Of a stretch of 64,000 bases of DNA, positions 36,793 through 54,624 are shown piece by piece (positions within the stretch are counted from its first letter, which is position 1; the number at the start of each line of letters is the position of its first letter). Source of the DNA: Amoebidium appalachense (lineage: Eukaryota > Protista > Ichthyosporea); NCBI GenBank assembly GCA_963693365.1, contig CAVNZM010000002.1, positions 3,736,259-3,800,258 of the forward strand, given 5' to 3'. Below the pieces are notes generated by a model. It saw only the letters and a list, made by a program, of their open reading frames with translations, made no database searches and had not been told where the DNA came from. The position numbers and the translations under genes are program-made.

Positions 36793-36820
36793 ACGGTGTG
36801 TGTGTGTGTGTGTGCGCGCG

Positions 36821-38710
36821 CTAGAATTTTGTAATGATGTATTTCTCAAGCCAACCAATACATCTAATAAACAGGTCGTAGTTACGCGTGTTTAGTATAA
36901 AATCAAGGATGTTGTAATTTTCAGGTGGGCTGTCTTTCTGGGTGTCTGTTGTGAATGTGACGTGTGTGTGTTGCGGTATTATGTGGTCTATCAAACTACA
37001 TTTGGCGATACATGACCGTGTAAAATGGTGTGTGTGTGTGTTGTTTGGGCATGCAAACGATGCCACCTTATACTTATTAGATCTCCACTGTATAACACGT
37101 GTACAAAAAAAGCGTTGGTATGTGATCAATAATACCATCAGCTAGAGAAAGACCAATTCTACAGGAAGGTAATATGTAATTAGGTGTTACACATTTGCGA
37201 GTGCCATATTTGGCAATATGGTTAAGGCGGTCATTATATATAAAACGAGACATAAGGCTTAGTTTTTCAAGGTGTATGCTTTCATCGGGTCTGATGTCGT
37301 GTGGTATCTTTTTCCATTTGTTATATTGCGTAATTATCTTCTCATTGTGTGACATGTCTAATAAGTAAGTGGCAGTCCAAAGTCACACGCACACTTTTGC
37401 GGGTTTTATTTGTATTTGTGCACGGGGGAGAAGGAGAGAGAGAGGGAAGGAAAGAGGGGAGAGATGAGGAGGGGACAGGTCGGATAGAGAAGAGAGGGTG
37501 GGAGGGCAAATACTCCTTTAAGCGGCTTATGTGCTTATTGACTTTCAGCGCGAGGTGGGATACTCTAGCAGCTATTGGGACCAGACCATATATCGAGAGC
37601 GTTACAGGCCCAGGTTTACAACAGTTGTTAGATAGAAAGGAGGCAACTTTTGCTTCAAGGAATTTTGCAAAGGGTTTAAGCGCTCTAGTTCTCTTTTTCT
37701 TGATCCAAGCGGCGAGAAGGGGTAAACCATATTCACATGCCGGGAAGACAAAAGTGCGAATAAATGTAAGTCTAATAAAAGGATGGAGGGGTGTGTCTTT
37801 AAAAATATTGGCCGAGAAGAAAGCTAACCGCTTACGAGCCAGCTCTACCCTCTTTTCGACCATATGGGAAAACATAACACTAACAGAATTAACCGGAACA
37901 CCGTGGCAAGATATTTGTATTCTGGAACTATAGGTACAGGTTTAGATGATAATGTAAATGTGTGTAAATTGTTAGCTATATCAGGTACAAGAACACCACA
38001 TTTGTCTATGTTAAGGATCATAAGGTTTGCCTTGCACCACTCTGACACTACATCGAACAATCTTTGCAGGCGTCTAGGGGTACGGGCAAGGAGGGACGGA
38101 TCATCAGCATAGAGAAGTGCAGGCGGAAAGCTATTAATAGGTTCATCATTTTCGGCATAAATCTTGACAGCCAATCATCTATAAATAGGTTAAACAAAAA
38201 GGGGCTAAGCAATGAACCCTGCAAGAGACCTCTAGTTCGAGCAAAACCATATGAAAGGAGCCCATTAACCACAGCTCTACCATAGGTTTGAGACAAGAGT
38301 GCTTCTAACAAAACACCAATGCAGTGTGGTACACCCCGTGCAGCAAGCTTTTCCCATAAAAGACCAGGGGAGACAGAATCGTAAGCAGTTTTCCAATCAA
38401 TAAAAACCAACATATCGTGCACCAACTTGCATAGAATCGTGCAGTGCCATTATTTGAACATAACATGAATTGTTTTTACGAAAAGCGGAATGGCATGGGT
38501 GTATGTGAAGAATAGATTGAAACATAGGGTGATGTGCAAATAACCTAAGTAAGCAAGCTTCAAAGAATCTACGAACAACCTGGGTTAGTGTGATGGGGCG
38601 AAAAGATGATATGGGGCCCTCAGAGTCCTCCTTAACTATGGGGATCACTAAGGTATCTAACCAAGATGACGGGACATGTCCACATTTGACACACCAAGAA
38701 AACTCAGCTT
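36821..38710 (-). mobile_element. 5'-truncated, frameshifted non-LTR retrotransposon (LINE): reverse transcriptase plus C-terminal region
   Basis: Six successive frame-shifted ORFs: VPSSWLDTLVIPIVK..SSFRPITL, FIDWKTAYDSV, RGLLQGSLLSPFLFNLFIDD, LLYADD (YADD 38111-38100), LNIDKC, YKYL, then a Cys/His C-terminus (CPNNTHTHHFTRSC). No endonuclease domain is seen. Confidence 0.92.
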
Positions 38711-39071
38711 AACATAATAGTAAGATCAGGTTTAATAGCACGATCACTTTCCTTTTGTGGGTAGGAGGGAACAAGGATTTTAAGAAACCCGGCAGGAAGT
38801 CCATCAGGTCCACAAGACTTACTAGAGCTATAACTAGATATCACAGACCATATGGTATCGGGACTGAAAAAGGCGAGGATAGATGTATTTATTTATCTCA
38901 GATTATTCCGGCGTTGGAAGTTAGAAGACTGGCCTATATGATCCTCATATTACATCGATTGATTATCAATAAAATCAATATATCGTACGGCGAACGTTTA
39001 CTGTAAACCCCCCCACTCCTATATGTAGGTTTCGCTCAGACATGTATACTAGAATGCCATGAAAAAACCAT

Positions 39072-39830
39072 TCAGCCACATATCAACCGTAGTACCGTAC
39101 TAAGCATAAGTGGACTCTTTGCCCAGCCTCCATAATGAACCTCATCCTCCGTCCCCTCGGGCCTGGCTTGTGTCCAATGATTCGTGTCCAGGGTTCTAAA
39201 CCCCAGTTTGGAAAATTCCTGTGCAAATGCGGTATTCCACCGACGAATCCAATCCGTTCCGGGATGAGTAGTTGGTGTGCGTCGGTGGTTGTCGGCATAA
39301 GAATGTAATACGCACGGTTTTGGGCTATTACGTTTTTGCATTCAGTAACCACTCTGCTAAGAAAGTTATTGATCACTAGCTGCGGCAAGCCCTCCCACTT
39401 GTCAGCAATCGCAGACCATAACCCATGGTCTACCGCAATGGCATCATTTCCCCAACAGTCCCCTGCCTTCGGAATGTGTTTCTGAGTATTTGTATAACAC
39501 TTATTGAAAGATGAATTTAAGGTATGGGGCTCCAGCTATTAATGGGTTTCTAGACATGGCATCATCCGTCTGCTTGTTTGCGTGGTCCCAAGCGAATTGC
39601 TGACCTGGAGGCATAAAGAAGCTGGATAAGTCAGAGTAGAATTCTCGCGTAATTGAATCGCCAATGATTAAAATATTCCGAATCCCAGCTTCTTTGAAGC
39701 GCTCCAAAACAAATTTCTGTGTTGGCTGCCTTAAAGAAACGGTGCTTCGGTGTTGACATAGACCTCCTTCGGCGGGCACCCACAAAAATTCTTCTGTAGT
39801 GCACGTGTGTGCCATTCTTTTTTCAGTCTC
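39072..39830 (-). pseudogene. Intronless SGNH-hydrolase / PC-esterase (TBL/NXPE-like) pseudogene
   Basis: WVP..C...RNILIIGDSITREFY (GDS motif), AVDHGLW, ERIRRWN, ARPEGTEDEVHY (DxxH), ending LRLICG. Split over three frames: a shift near 39510 and a 5-bp duplication aatcc-aatcc at 39246-39255. Confidence 0.7.
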
Positions 39831-40351
39831 CCCCCCCCCCCCCCCCCCTCTCCCCCCCCCGGGACCTCTCCGTGCTAGTTGGTGGACAACTAGGTTTCAT
39901 GCTCAGTTGTCGTTGGACGACGTAAAATTTTGTAACTGGCCATTGTGACTGGCTGCCTGCCTGAGCCCAACCAACCCCCATGCACATGCTTTCTCATGCA
40001 ATGGTTGCACGGCGTATGAATTTCAATATGTCCAATCTATGTCTCTACTCTTCACATGCCCCCCTCCTCCCCCCTCCCTCCCCCCTCCCTCCCCCCTCCT
40101 CCTCCCCCCCCCTAAACACCATCCCTCTCCCCCAAACACACCCACACACCCGCCACCGGGTCTGCCCACGACAACACCTCTCCGAGCGCATTACTGTGAA
40201 CGCGCGTGCTTGTGTGTGTGTCTGTGTGTGTGTGTGTGTGCAGCTGTGCGTGTGTTTGGGGGTGACGGTGTGTGTGTGTGTGTGTGTGTGTGTAATGAGT
40301 AATGCTTTGTTAACATGTGTGTACCTGTGCGCGTGTTTGAGCGTGAGTGAC

Positions 40352-40382
<31 letters not shown>

Positions 40383-41249
40383 CTTTTTTATATTTTTATT
40401 TCGAGAACTAGGCTTTCTTTATCTTTTTTAGTTTTTTATGTTTCCGATCTTTCCCGAGGATCTGGAACTCGGTTCTTTTTTAATTTTCTCAGTCTCGCTT
40501 ATTTTTCTTTAACTTTTACTCTTTTTGGCAGTGGTGATGGTGGTGGGGGATTAGGGGGAGAGGGGGGAGGAGGGAGGGGGGTGAGGGGGGAGGGAGGGGG
40601 GTATACAGGGATATATATACATGGGAGAGGGCAGTGGGGGCTATCATGACTCGGATGATTCCGCACTATGCCAGAACACCGTCAGGCAATAAAACCTCTA
40701 GATCAAATTAAAACAAAGTTCGGGGTTTCATAAATATCCGGTCGGTAGCACTTTCTTTATGAATCACTTTATGCTAAATTAAACGGTCCCAAAATCATGA
40801 CTGTAACCTCTCCAGCTTCCACATGAATCTACCCCCCCCCCCCCTCCCCCCCCCCACCCCACCCACCTCTCCCTCGCTCCCTCCCCTCTCCCCCTCCTTT
40901 ACTCAAGGGTTTAAGGGGATGCCAAAAATGAATTCATCTGAACGAAAAGCTGAGTCGACATGCATTACCGAATGTATTACCGAAGAGAATGTTGGTGGAA
41001 AAAAAGGGAAAGGGTTTGGAGGCGGGGGGGAAGAGGGGGGGGGGGGGGGGGCAGGGGGGATTGGGGAAGGAGGTATTTACATGTCGATGCCCGAGCCAGT
41101 GACAGACACCACTGCAGCTAGTTAGTTCGCCATATGGCCATCGATGCACCACTGGACTATGACTGTCAGTATATGGTTGAACTTCCTGTGCGTTGCCACA
41201 CTATGCAACTTGAAGTACACAGCGTGTTTGTGCATGTGTGTGCAAGTGT

Positions 41250-41327
<78 letters not shown>

Positions 41328-41780
41328 GCGTGGTGTGCCTGCGTGTTTGTGCGCGTGTGCGTGTGTGCGTGCATGCGTGCATGCGTGCGTGTGGACGTGC
41401 GGACGGGCATGTGTGCGTGCACGTGCATGCACGTGCGCACGCGCGCATGTGTGTGTGCGTGTGGGTGTGTGTGTGCTCGTTCTCAAGTTGTGCATTTCCT
41501 ACTGCCTTGGGAGCTTTGGACCTCATACATTGACGTCTGTGTTGGTGCCGTGTGACGCGTCCAAGGACCGATCTAGACAGGCCCAATTCCTGATTTTTTT
41601 GTTCAAAGGCTACGGTGTTCAACCAAAAATATCTAGATTGCAGATTGCTTCGCGCAAAATCATGAATGGATGTTAGCACAAACCCAGGATAGTCAAAGGT
41701 GGCAATAATAAACGTACATGCACACAAAAGAGCGCCGTTGCGGTTTACGTGGGTGCACAGGTGCCCGCGTCTAAGGACAC

Positions 41781-41850
<70 letters not shown>

Positions 41851-42664
41851 ACAGGTGTGTGTGCGGGAATGCATTTGTTGTGTATGCGAGCGCGCGCGTG
41901 CAAGCTGCTCGTGTTCGTGTGCACACGCTGAAATGTGCGTGCAGGTGTCTGTGTGTGCCCACGCAAGCCCTCGCACAAGCGAGTAATCTCGGAGGGGAAG
42001 AAACAGTTCTCTCCGGGATAAGTACAACGTTTGAAGCTAAAGAAATTCAATCTGAACGAAAAGCACATCATTGTGCACTGAAGTCTGATAGACCAAACTC
42101 AGTGGGTAAATGCTGCACCATTCTGTGCACGACAGTTCCTGTGCCTAGTCCCGCCTTGGTGTGTGTCGGGTGTCCTTTTGGGTTGACCCCAAGTCCGAGG
42201 GCTTGCAACCTCGAATTCATTTTTCCCGCAAGCCCTCGAATTCTTTTTTTTTGGCAACTTGAGAGCCGGCAGTAGGCTGTATTGGAGAAAATTTAATAAT
42301 ACTAAAACCGACACCTACAAAACAGGCAGGTCATAAGTGAAGAACTGCTTGCATGAAAACCCACTGAACAAATAGTGTGGGCTCATCATCATTAAGCTAT
42401 AATGGCTTTGTTGACGAGGTCTGTTGCTGTCTTCCGATATAAAAAAAACTGACAGTAGTAGCATTTATAAATGACCGATAAATACATAGCCAGTATGTTT
42501 ATTTATATGGTCAGTTCCTTTCCTCGTGAGGGTATGAAAAAACCTTGCACTCGGGAGCTCATTTATCAACTACAAGGCAAGCCACCTGGCATTGCACTTT
42601 ACAGCACCTTAATAAAACATTCACTGAATGTACAAAATATCAATAATAATATAACAATCTGTTT

Positions 42665-43330
42665 CTACTGTGCCTTAACGAGGTTAAGTGGTGGTGCACC
42701 AACACTCGAATTCGAACCGCTATAATGCAATCTGCTCTGGCGCGAACCAAATCGGAAAGATGGGATCGAAGTCAAACTTGTCGTGCTACTGCTTGCACTA
42801 ACTGGCATGCTCGCTGCCTCACAGTTCAAAACGTAGTTCTGCCCGTCACGGTTATCCCACTCCTGCTCGCCCGTGCTCCACTCGCAGGAAACAGCAACCA
42901 TACACGCTGTTGCCCAGTCCGGCATTGTGGTCGTGAAAAAGAAATAAGCTGACTGCTCCTCCTCCATAACCAACGTCGCCGGGACATCTACGTAGCTCTC
43001 CCACTGGTCAAAAGACACGCGTGCAAAAACGTAAACGTAGTCTGCGGCGGTTTTTGTGACAGGGTGCTCCGGCGCGTGTGTTATCGCGATTGTACCGCGG
43101 AGGGAGGTGCCATTTACGATTAGGGAGGTGAGCTGGATGGGTTTGTTGACGTCCTGTGGGGTGACGTGAATCTGTGCTACTCGCCTGCACAGCAGTGACA
43201 TGCTGGGGCTTGTGCTAAGCAGCTCAATGCACGTGTTTTCGGGGGAGTACTCGTACGTCATGCTGCTGACTGTGTTGATGACAGGGATAGGTTCTGACCT
43301 ATTATATGTGGGGACGCTAAGTGTATCCAT
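42665..43330 (-). CDS. Intronless CBM21 (starch/glycogen-binding) domain protein, ~221 aa
   Basis: LRGTIAI...VFARVSFDQWESYVDVPA...EWDNRDGQNY matches the CBM21 signature (V.VR.TFD.W...DV.A; WDNN.G.NY). First in-frame ATG is at 43330. Confidence 0.85.
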   Translation of the reverse strand: MDTLSVPTYNRSEPIPVINTVSSMTYEYSPENTCIELLSTSPSMSLLCRRVAQIHVTPQDVNKPIQLTSLIVNGTSLRGTIAITHAPEHPVTKTAADYVYVFARVSFDQWESYVDVPATLVMEEEQSAYFFFTTTMPDWATACMVAVSCEWSTGEQEWDNRDGQNYVLNCEAASMPVSASSSTTSLTSIPSFRFGSRQSRLHYSGSNSSVGAPPLNLVKAQ

Positions 43331-44039
43331 TTTGAAGGGAGAAAGGGAAAAAACTATGGGTTTGGTTTCGTAGCTTTGTTGTTTATCTGCGTGTTTGTCA
43401 CAAACTTTGCGTGACTGAAAATGCTTTGAAAGCAAAGGTGCTTAGAACAGATATATAAGCTTGAAACTCCAATCGCTAGTTGTAATGTTCGGTTTTTGTC
43501 CTGTATCAGAGAGATTGTGTGTGTGACAGTTTGGTTGTTCTGTACTCGGACGGATGCCTGGGATGCATTCGAAAATTCTCCTTATATATGCTGGCACGCC
43601 CAGTGCACAACCAATCAAATCTCTTAATGAGGTGCTGCAAGATTGGAAGATAGGTTTCCCGTACATTTGCGGCTTATCCCGGAAAGAAAATTCGCCGTGG
43701 GGGTTTGATGATAGTTATGGAAACTTCCAAAGTTTCAGCTGGTTAGTGGAGTTTACAGTTACCGAAAAGTCCTTTATAAAGAGAATTTTTTGGGAAAATA
43801 TAGGTAAATATTTGATCTTAAAATTTATTATGTTGTGGGTACAATTTTTTGTTGTTGATGCTAGCTGTTTCATAGCAAGGTGCGGCTGCAAGGGCCATTT
43901 GTTTGGGGTTTATAAGCGAAAATACGCTTCACGGCAAAATCATTATCAGCTTTCACCTGAAAATCCGCATCATCCGCATCAAAAGCTGCGACAAAATGGG
44001 TATCCAATGAAAACGTAACATTTCAAATGAAGCTTTTGC

Positions 44040-44210
44040 CTAAACCAATCAAGTATTTTGTTATTCCCGTGATTCGAACAAAAGAACCAATCAGATGGTA
44101 GTTCTAATGAATATATATATCATGCCCCCTTGACGTGCTGAGTCCCCCCGGCTCCCACGCGCGCGCAGCGGAATGCATAACGTCCGTGACTCATTGTCTG
44201 ACTCAAGGCA
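44040..44210. promoter_or_regulatory. Putative promoter/enhancer motif cluster upstream of the CBM21 gene
   Basis: CCAATCA twice (44045, 44087), TGACGT (44131) and TGACTCA twice (44187, 44199) in non-repetitive DNA. Function is inferred only. Confidence 0.3.
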
Positions 44211-45369
44211 CGGGTGGGGTCACGCTAGGAAACCGTAATACTAGGCTAGCCATATGTTTAGAAATTTTTTCTTAATTTATCTTTCTTTTTTGATGCTGGA
44301 ACCACAAATGATTCGCCAAAATAAAACTGCTTCTAATGTGAAAAAAGAAACATCAAGTCTTGAGAATAATCTAATCAGTTAGAATTTATCCCTGGGGGGG
44401 CCCAAGCGCACGCTAGATGGCGCAGGCGCGCGTCATCTGTGAAATCTCCAGGGAACCAATCAAATTGTGAGCCGAGCCTCGCATCACCCTGCATGACGAT
44501 CTCCTGTGTACCCGGGCAGTGCGGGCACATTCCCGGGCACGTTTTCAAACAACATGCGCCGCCAAGTTTACCCGCACATGTGCAAAGGCTATTAAAAAAG
44601 CCATGCATAGAAAAAATCAAGTTAGTAGTCGTAAAAGAAACGCCTGTTTACTTTGAAACAGTAGAATAAGAGAAAAAACATCGAGATAACACCGTATAAA
44701 TGTGGTCGCTGCCACATCATACGGTACATGTCTCCGCCCACTGACCCCCTAGGCCTGCACATGTAGTGCGTACCATATGCATACGTGACTGTATACGTAT
44801 TGCACATGCATGCGCAAGCAGCCGTTGAAGTTGTGTATTCGCCATCGCGGTCGTCGCAAGGTTTATGTATCAGGGCGGGGGAGTATTTATATTATTTTAT
44901 CCCCCGCGGCTTGGGTCGTTCGGGTACCGGAGACCGACCGGGGTTCTCACACTTTCGATCGAACTGTTGTTGATACAATATCAGGGCCAGACACCACCAT
45001 CCATGTGTCCGGCAAAGGCTCCGGCAATATTATTAGACCAAAATATGAGCAAGGATCATGACATGTAGGGTCATTGTACTGTTGGGATGACGTCACGCAC
45101 GCGTTAAAGCTGAGACCTGCACAATTGCACAAAACATATACCCCCTCCGTCTTTCTCTCTCAGCTCTCTGTCTCTCAGCTCTCGAGAACTCTCTCCCACT
45201 ACCCCCCGATTCCCGCCGGCCCCTCCCCTCCCGGAGAGCCTCCCACTGAGTCTCCCCTCCCCTGCCCCTCTCCGCCCCCCCCCCCCCCCCCCCCCCCCCC
45301 TCCCCCTTAACTAAGTTAACTAGCCGTTTCACCACCACCGGGACCCGGCCTTACTAAACACACACACGT

Positions 45370-45479
<110 letters not shown>

Positions 45480-45820
45480 ACCTACACACACACCTACACA
45501 CACACCCACACCTGTGACAGCCACACATGCAAACACGCACACGTACACACACGCACGCACACACGCACACACACACGCACAGTCACACGCACACAGACAC
45601 GCTGTCACGCACACGCACGCACACACGCACGCACGCACCCACGCACACAGACACACAAACACACACAAGCATACGTACGGTGACGAAGGGGGCGCATGCA
45701 ACCCCCCCCCCCTCCCCCCCCCTTCCCCCCCCCCTCCCCCCCCCCCCCCCCCCCCCCTTCCCCTTCCCTCCCCCCCCCCCTCCCCCCCAACCCACCCACC
45801 AACCCACCCACCCACCCACC

Positions 45821-45868
<48 letters not shown>

Positions 45869-46412
45869 CGTGCCAATTTCTTTCAGTTAAACCCACACTA
45901 AAAGGTTTAGCCCCACTCCATCGCCCCCATCCCCCCCCCCCCCCACCACCACCACTCCCCCCCCCCCCCCCCCCCCTCCCCCCCGGTCCTCCAACCGCGT
46001 CTCTGCCCCCCCAGCTGTAGTGGTCCTCGGTCATCTACCCCCCCCTCCCCCCCCCCCCCCCCTCCCCTTGCTTTTTCCCCGCCTCCCCACCGCAGCTTAA
46101 GGCTAACCGTTCCAACCTCAGTCTCCTTCACTGTTTCGAAATACTCCTCATCCAGCTTGCATTTGCAGCACTCCCCCCCCCCCCCCCCCCCCCCCTCACA
46201 CACACACACACCAACACCGCCACCACCACCACCAACCCCCGCCTCCCCTCTCGCAGCTGCCACCTCCGCCACGGCCGCCGCCCCTCTTCCCTGCTTCCTG
46301 TCCCTGCTGGGGCATCTATCACCGTAAAAATACATCCATCAGCACCACCACAACATACGTGCCCAATATTCTGTCCTTGCGTACGCTTCAGTCTAAATAT
46401 TGAGTTATAGTC

Positions 46413-46506
<94 letters not shown>

Positions 46507-46980
46507 ACGTGCACGTGCCAGTGGCACTTCATGTGTGCGCTTGTCACGGTGCGTGCATAATAATGATGTGCCCAAGTTGTGTGTGTGCGTGTTTGCGCAT
46601 GCATGCGGGTGTGTGCCTATCAGTTGTGTTGCTGTGCATGTGTGTCTGCTTGTCTGTGGGTGCTCTCAGGGCCTGCTTGTAGGCATGTGCACGGACCCCA
46701 AAAAAAATGCGTCGCGCCCACATTGGGACACACAGACAAGGTCCATTCGGCAACCGTTGTGCCCGATTCAGGCAGACATGGCACGGATATACAAAATCAC
46801 GCACATACAGTCATCCACACGTGTCTCAAGCACACATGAAGCACATAAACACAGATACATGTATGCGCGTGTGCACATAATACAGTTGGTGAATAAATGC
46901 CGTATGCACACACATGCGCGCGTGTGAGCGCGCGCACACACACGCAGACACACCCACACACCCACACACCACCCACACCC

Positions 46981-47090
<110 letters not shown>

Positions 47091-47187
47091 CCGGCGGGAC
47101 TGCTGTAGCGACTCTGGGCAAAGTGTGTACTAATAGTTAGGTTTGTGAATGATGGTTTAGCTTAGCTGAGCACATAGATAGCTCCCT

Positions 47188-47226
<39 letters not shown>

Positions 47227-47227
<1 letters not shown>

Positions 47228-47262
47228 ATGCACATCATGCACATCATGCACATCATGCACAA
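47227..47262. repeat. 9-bp tandem repeat (catgcacat) about four copies
   Basis: Read directly. Confidence 0.85.
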
Positions 47263-47618
47263 CAATGGTTACTGAGAGATCCCAAGAACACGAATTGAAT
47301 ATTTATTCTTTCTCGGCCAGTCACATGCCACCAAACGTCAGCAACAACATATCTAGCCAGAGATACAACACACTTCCATTTGAAAGTTTCATGGTTTTCT
47401 ATGTTTCCGATCTGCGATTCACATCCATATTTTCCTATAGCTCTGTGCACTGTTACAAAGCAGAAAGCAACGTTAACCGTCTCGTTTACCGTTGCAGATT
47501 TGTCACTGCCACTAAGACTTGTTACCATGCATGAAACTGCATTTAGAAATTCTCAGACAAGCCTTAATTTTACACGATATAGAACTCTAATCAAATCCAA
47601 CAGCTAAAACTTTAAAGT

Positions 47619-51694
<4,076 letters not shown>

Positions 51695-52193
51695 TCTTCA
51701 AAGTTTCGAAATGCAATGAAGGAGTGAATGTTGTATGTGTTGATGTGATGAGGAGAGCCTCTTATGTAGGCGAGGTTTTTGCAGCAATGCATGGCAGGCT
51801 GTGCTCTGTGACTGAAGGCACACACATCGTCGAATGGATAAGCAGATCGATAGGACCGGCCGTCTTTTCACTCCGTGAAGCAGGCCACTCCGTATCGAAC
51901 CCGCGGCCCTCGCTCGATCGCCTGTGTTTGTGGCAAGTTGACAGAAGCATATTTCCACCTCTGCCTTTGTGCAATTTGAGTAAGAGAGAAACACATCACG
52001 ATCGGATTGCGAACTTATGATACTATAAGCTTGTTCCTGCAGCTGTTCCAACATGTGGTGGGGGAACGCTAACATTCTGAGTACTGTACGGAATGGAATC
52101 CATAATAAGTTCATTGGGCACTTCAAAAGGTAAATATAAGGCCCCACCGATATGACAATTAGTGGGGGCGGGGGTGTAATAGGGGGAGGAAAA

Positions 52194-52240
<47 letters not shown>

Positions 52241-53416
52241 ACCTACTCTGGTCACCTCTAGAGGCGCTGATTGTTTCTATGTAGATCTGCTGTTTCCGGT
52301 TGGTTTTTAGGCAACCAATCGACAACTAAAGCCAATGAGCACTCGACACGGGTAGATCTAAATCATGATCGAATCTGAAATGGAATGCAGCGGCAGGAAG
52401 AGCCTCGACCAAAATAGAAAAGGAGGGTTCATTCTGTTTACGTTAGGTACGCTGCAAGCCGCAATTCAACTAAAAGAGCTTAAGAAATGAAAAAAGAAAT
52501 AGGCAGAGAAAGAGGGAAAACAGTTTTCAAACCCTCCACCTAATTACAGTAGTGAGCTATGTGCGTGTGTATGTGAGTGACTCGGTGATCGCGCGCCATC
52601 ATCGTGCATGATCATGACTGTGCAACTGCAAGCACTGGTCACTGTGTGCACTTTTAAGCTTTCGTCTACACAGACAGAGATAGAAGGGCCACTGCTGTCA
52701 ATCTACGGTGGCTTTATTACGGCTTCTCTATTCCAGAATTCGCCTATTTGATATACTGGGGCTTTGGTAAAAAAATCTGGCCAGGCCGAACTTTTCATTC
52801 ACACATGCATGCACAGGTGAGATGTTGTAGAAGAAATAGAATTACTGGGCTTTGTGTGATCCCCTATCTACTTATATAAACACGTGCACTGGCACCTATT
52901 AATATGCCTGCATACATTTTCTAATGTTGATACTAACGCGTCATAGGTCCTTATCGGGTGGTAGCCATCTGCGTTTGATAGCTGAGCTCTTGGCGCATAC
53001 ACGAGCCACGCCAGTGTACAGAACAGCGGTTTATGTGGGTGTACATATATTCTTCCTCCGTCCTACCTCCACTGTTGATTTATAACGCGCCATTCCAATT
53101 CATTCAGGGCTCATTCACGTTGGATTAGGCTAAGGCCTAGAACAAAGGCAACTCAATGGCTGTCGTGTTGTGCGTACATATGACGGTGTAATGGGTGGTC
53201 TGTGCACAATCGTGTCATGATCAAGTCTTCAACGTAACTCCGAGCTCGAGCATCTCGGAGAGAGTACTAGTAGTAGAGAGACGTAGTGAGAGTGAGAGTA
53301 GTGTCGAGAGTGAGTGCACTAACACGCTTGTCTGTCATAGGCCAGATACTGTGCGTACATCCTATCACAGTCTGTGCGTACATCCTATCACAACGTGCGT
53401 GTGTGTAACAAGCGGT

Positions 53417-53510
<94 letters not shown>

Positions 53511-53663
53511 TATGTGTGTGCGCCTTTCTCTCTCTAAATCCCTCTCCAGTCCCCCCCCCCCCCCCCCTCTCCTTCCCTCTCTCTCTCTCTCCCCCCCCCT
53601 CCCTCTCTCCCCCTCCCTCTCTCTCTCTCTCTCTTTCTCTCCCCCCCCCCTCCCTCTCCCTGT

Positions 53664-53694
<31 letters not shown>

Positions 53695-53755
53695 CCCCCC
53701 CCCCTACCTCCCTCCCTCCCCCTCTCCCTCCCTCCCTCCCTCCCTCCCTCCCTCG

Positions 53756-53815
<60 letters not shown>

Positions 53816-54073
53816 GTGTGTGTGTGCGCGCGCGCGTGTTTACATACATGCATATGTGTGTGTGTGCGCGCGTGTGTACATGCATGTGTGTGCGCGCGCG
53901 CGCCTGTGTGTGTGTGTGTGTGTGTACGCGCCCTGAATAATCATCACGACACTAATTTATCAATCATAATCATTATTTATCGTCATAAAGCATAAGAATC
54001 CGATGCAGAAAACACTGACTGCTTCCCCCCCCCCTCCCCCCCCCCCCCTCTCCCCTCCCCCCTCCCCCCTCTC

Positions 54074-54117
<44 letters not shown>

Positions 54118-54580
54118 GAAAAAAGAAAAGAAAAGAAAAGAAAAGAAAGAAAGAAAGAAAGAAAACAAAACAAAAGAAAAGGGTCCAAAAGTGGCCCATG
54201 CATCAGTGCACCAAACGAGCAGAAAAACCGATTGCTATATATAATATTATATTGTTTTTCTTCCCGTTGACTTTGTCACATATCATATCAGGGCCGGGGC
54301 CGGTCAGCGGCATCAATGCCTTACTGCCTGAGTCATGTGCACTCGCAACCATTGACAAGTCGCCTTATTTCCTCATGTTAATACCTGTACCAATGATTCT
54401 ATCACCAAATATCTTACTATGTATCCTAAATCTCACAAGTGGTAGAAAAACATGGCACCATCTGATTCATCATAAAATCTAAATATATCAAACCAACCAC
54501 GTTTGTGGCTATATGGTGTCTTGGGCTAATCAACAATGTTCCAGTCAAGTTGCGAAAATTCAGATCCTCCTCCTCCTCCT

Positions 54581-54624
<44 letters not shown>

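Noticed and set aside
37349-37933. 194-aa + strand ORF (and similarly 58875-60104 +)
   Set aside because: Antisense shadows of the LINE ORF and of the mucin exon.
41095-41125. Hairpin plus CTAG resembling a Helitron 3' end
   Set aside because: The stem is only 5 bp, the spacing is atypical, and there is no 5' end or second copy.
41500-41700. Exon-like unique island between microsatellites (also 46080-46170)
   Set aside because: It could not be linked into a phase-consistent gene and has no recognisable product.
51880-51925. B-box/T-loop-like GGGTTCGATAC on the minus strand
   Set aside because: The T-stem does not pair and no cloverleaf forms; no tRNA is supported.
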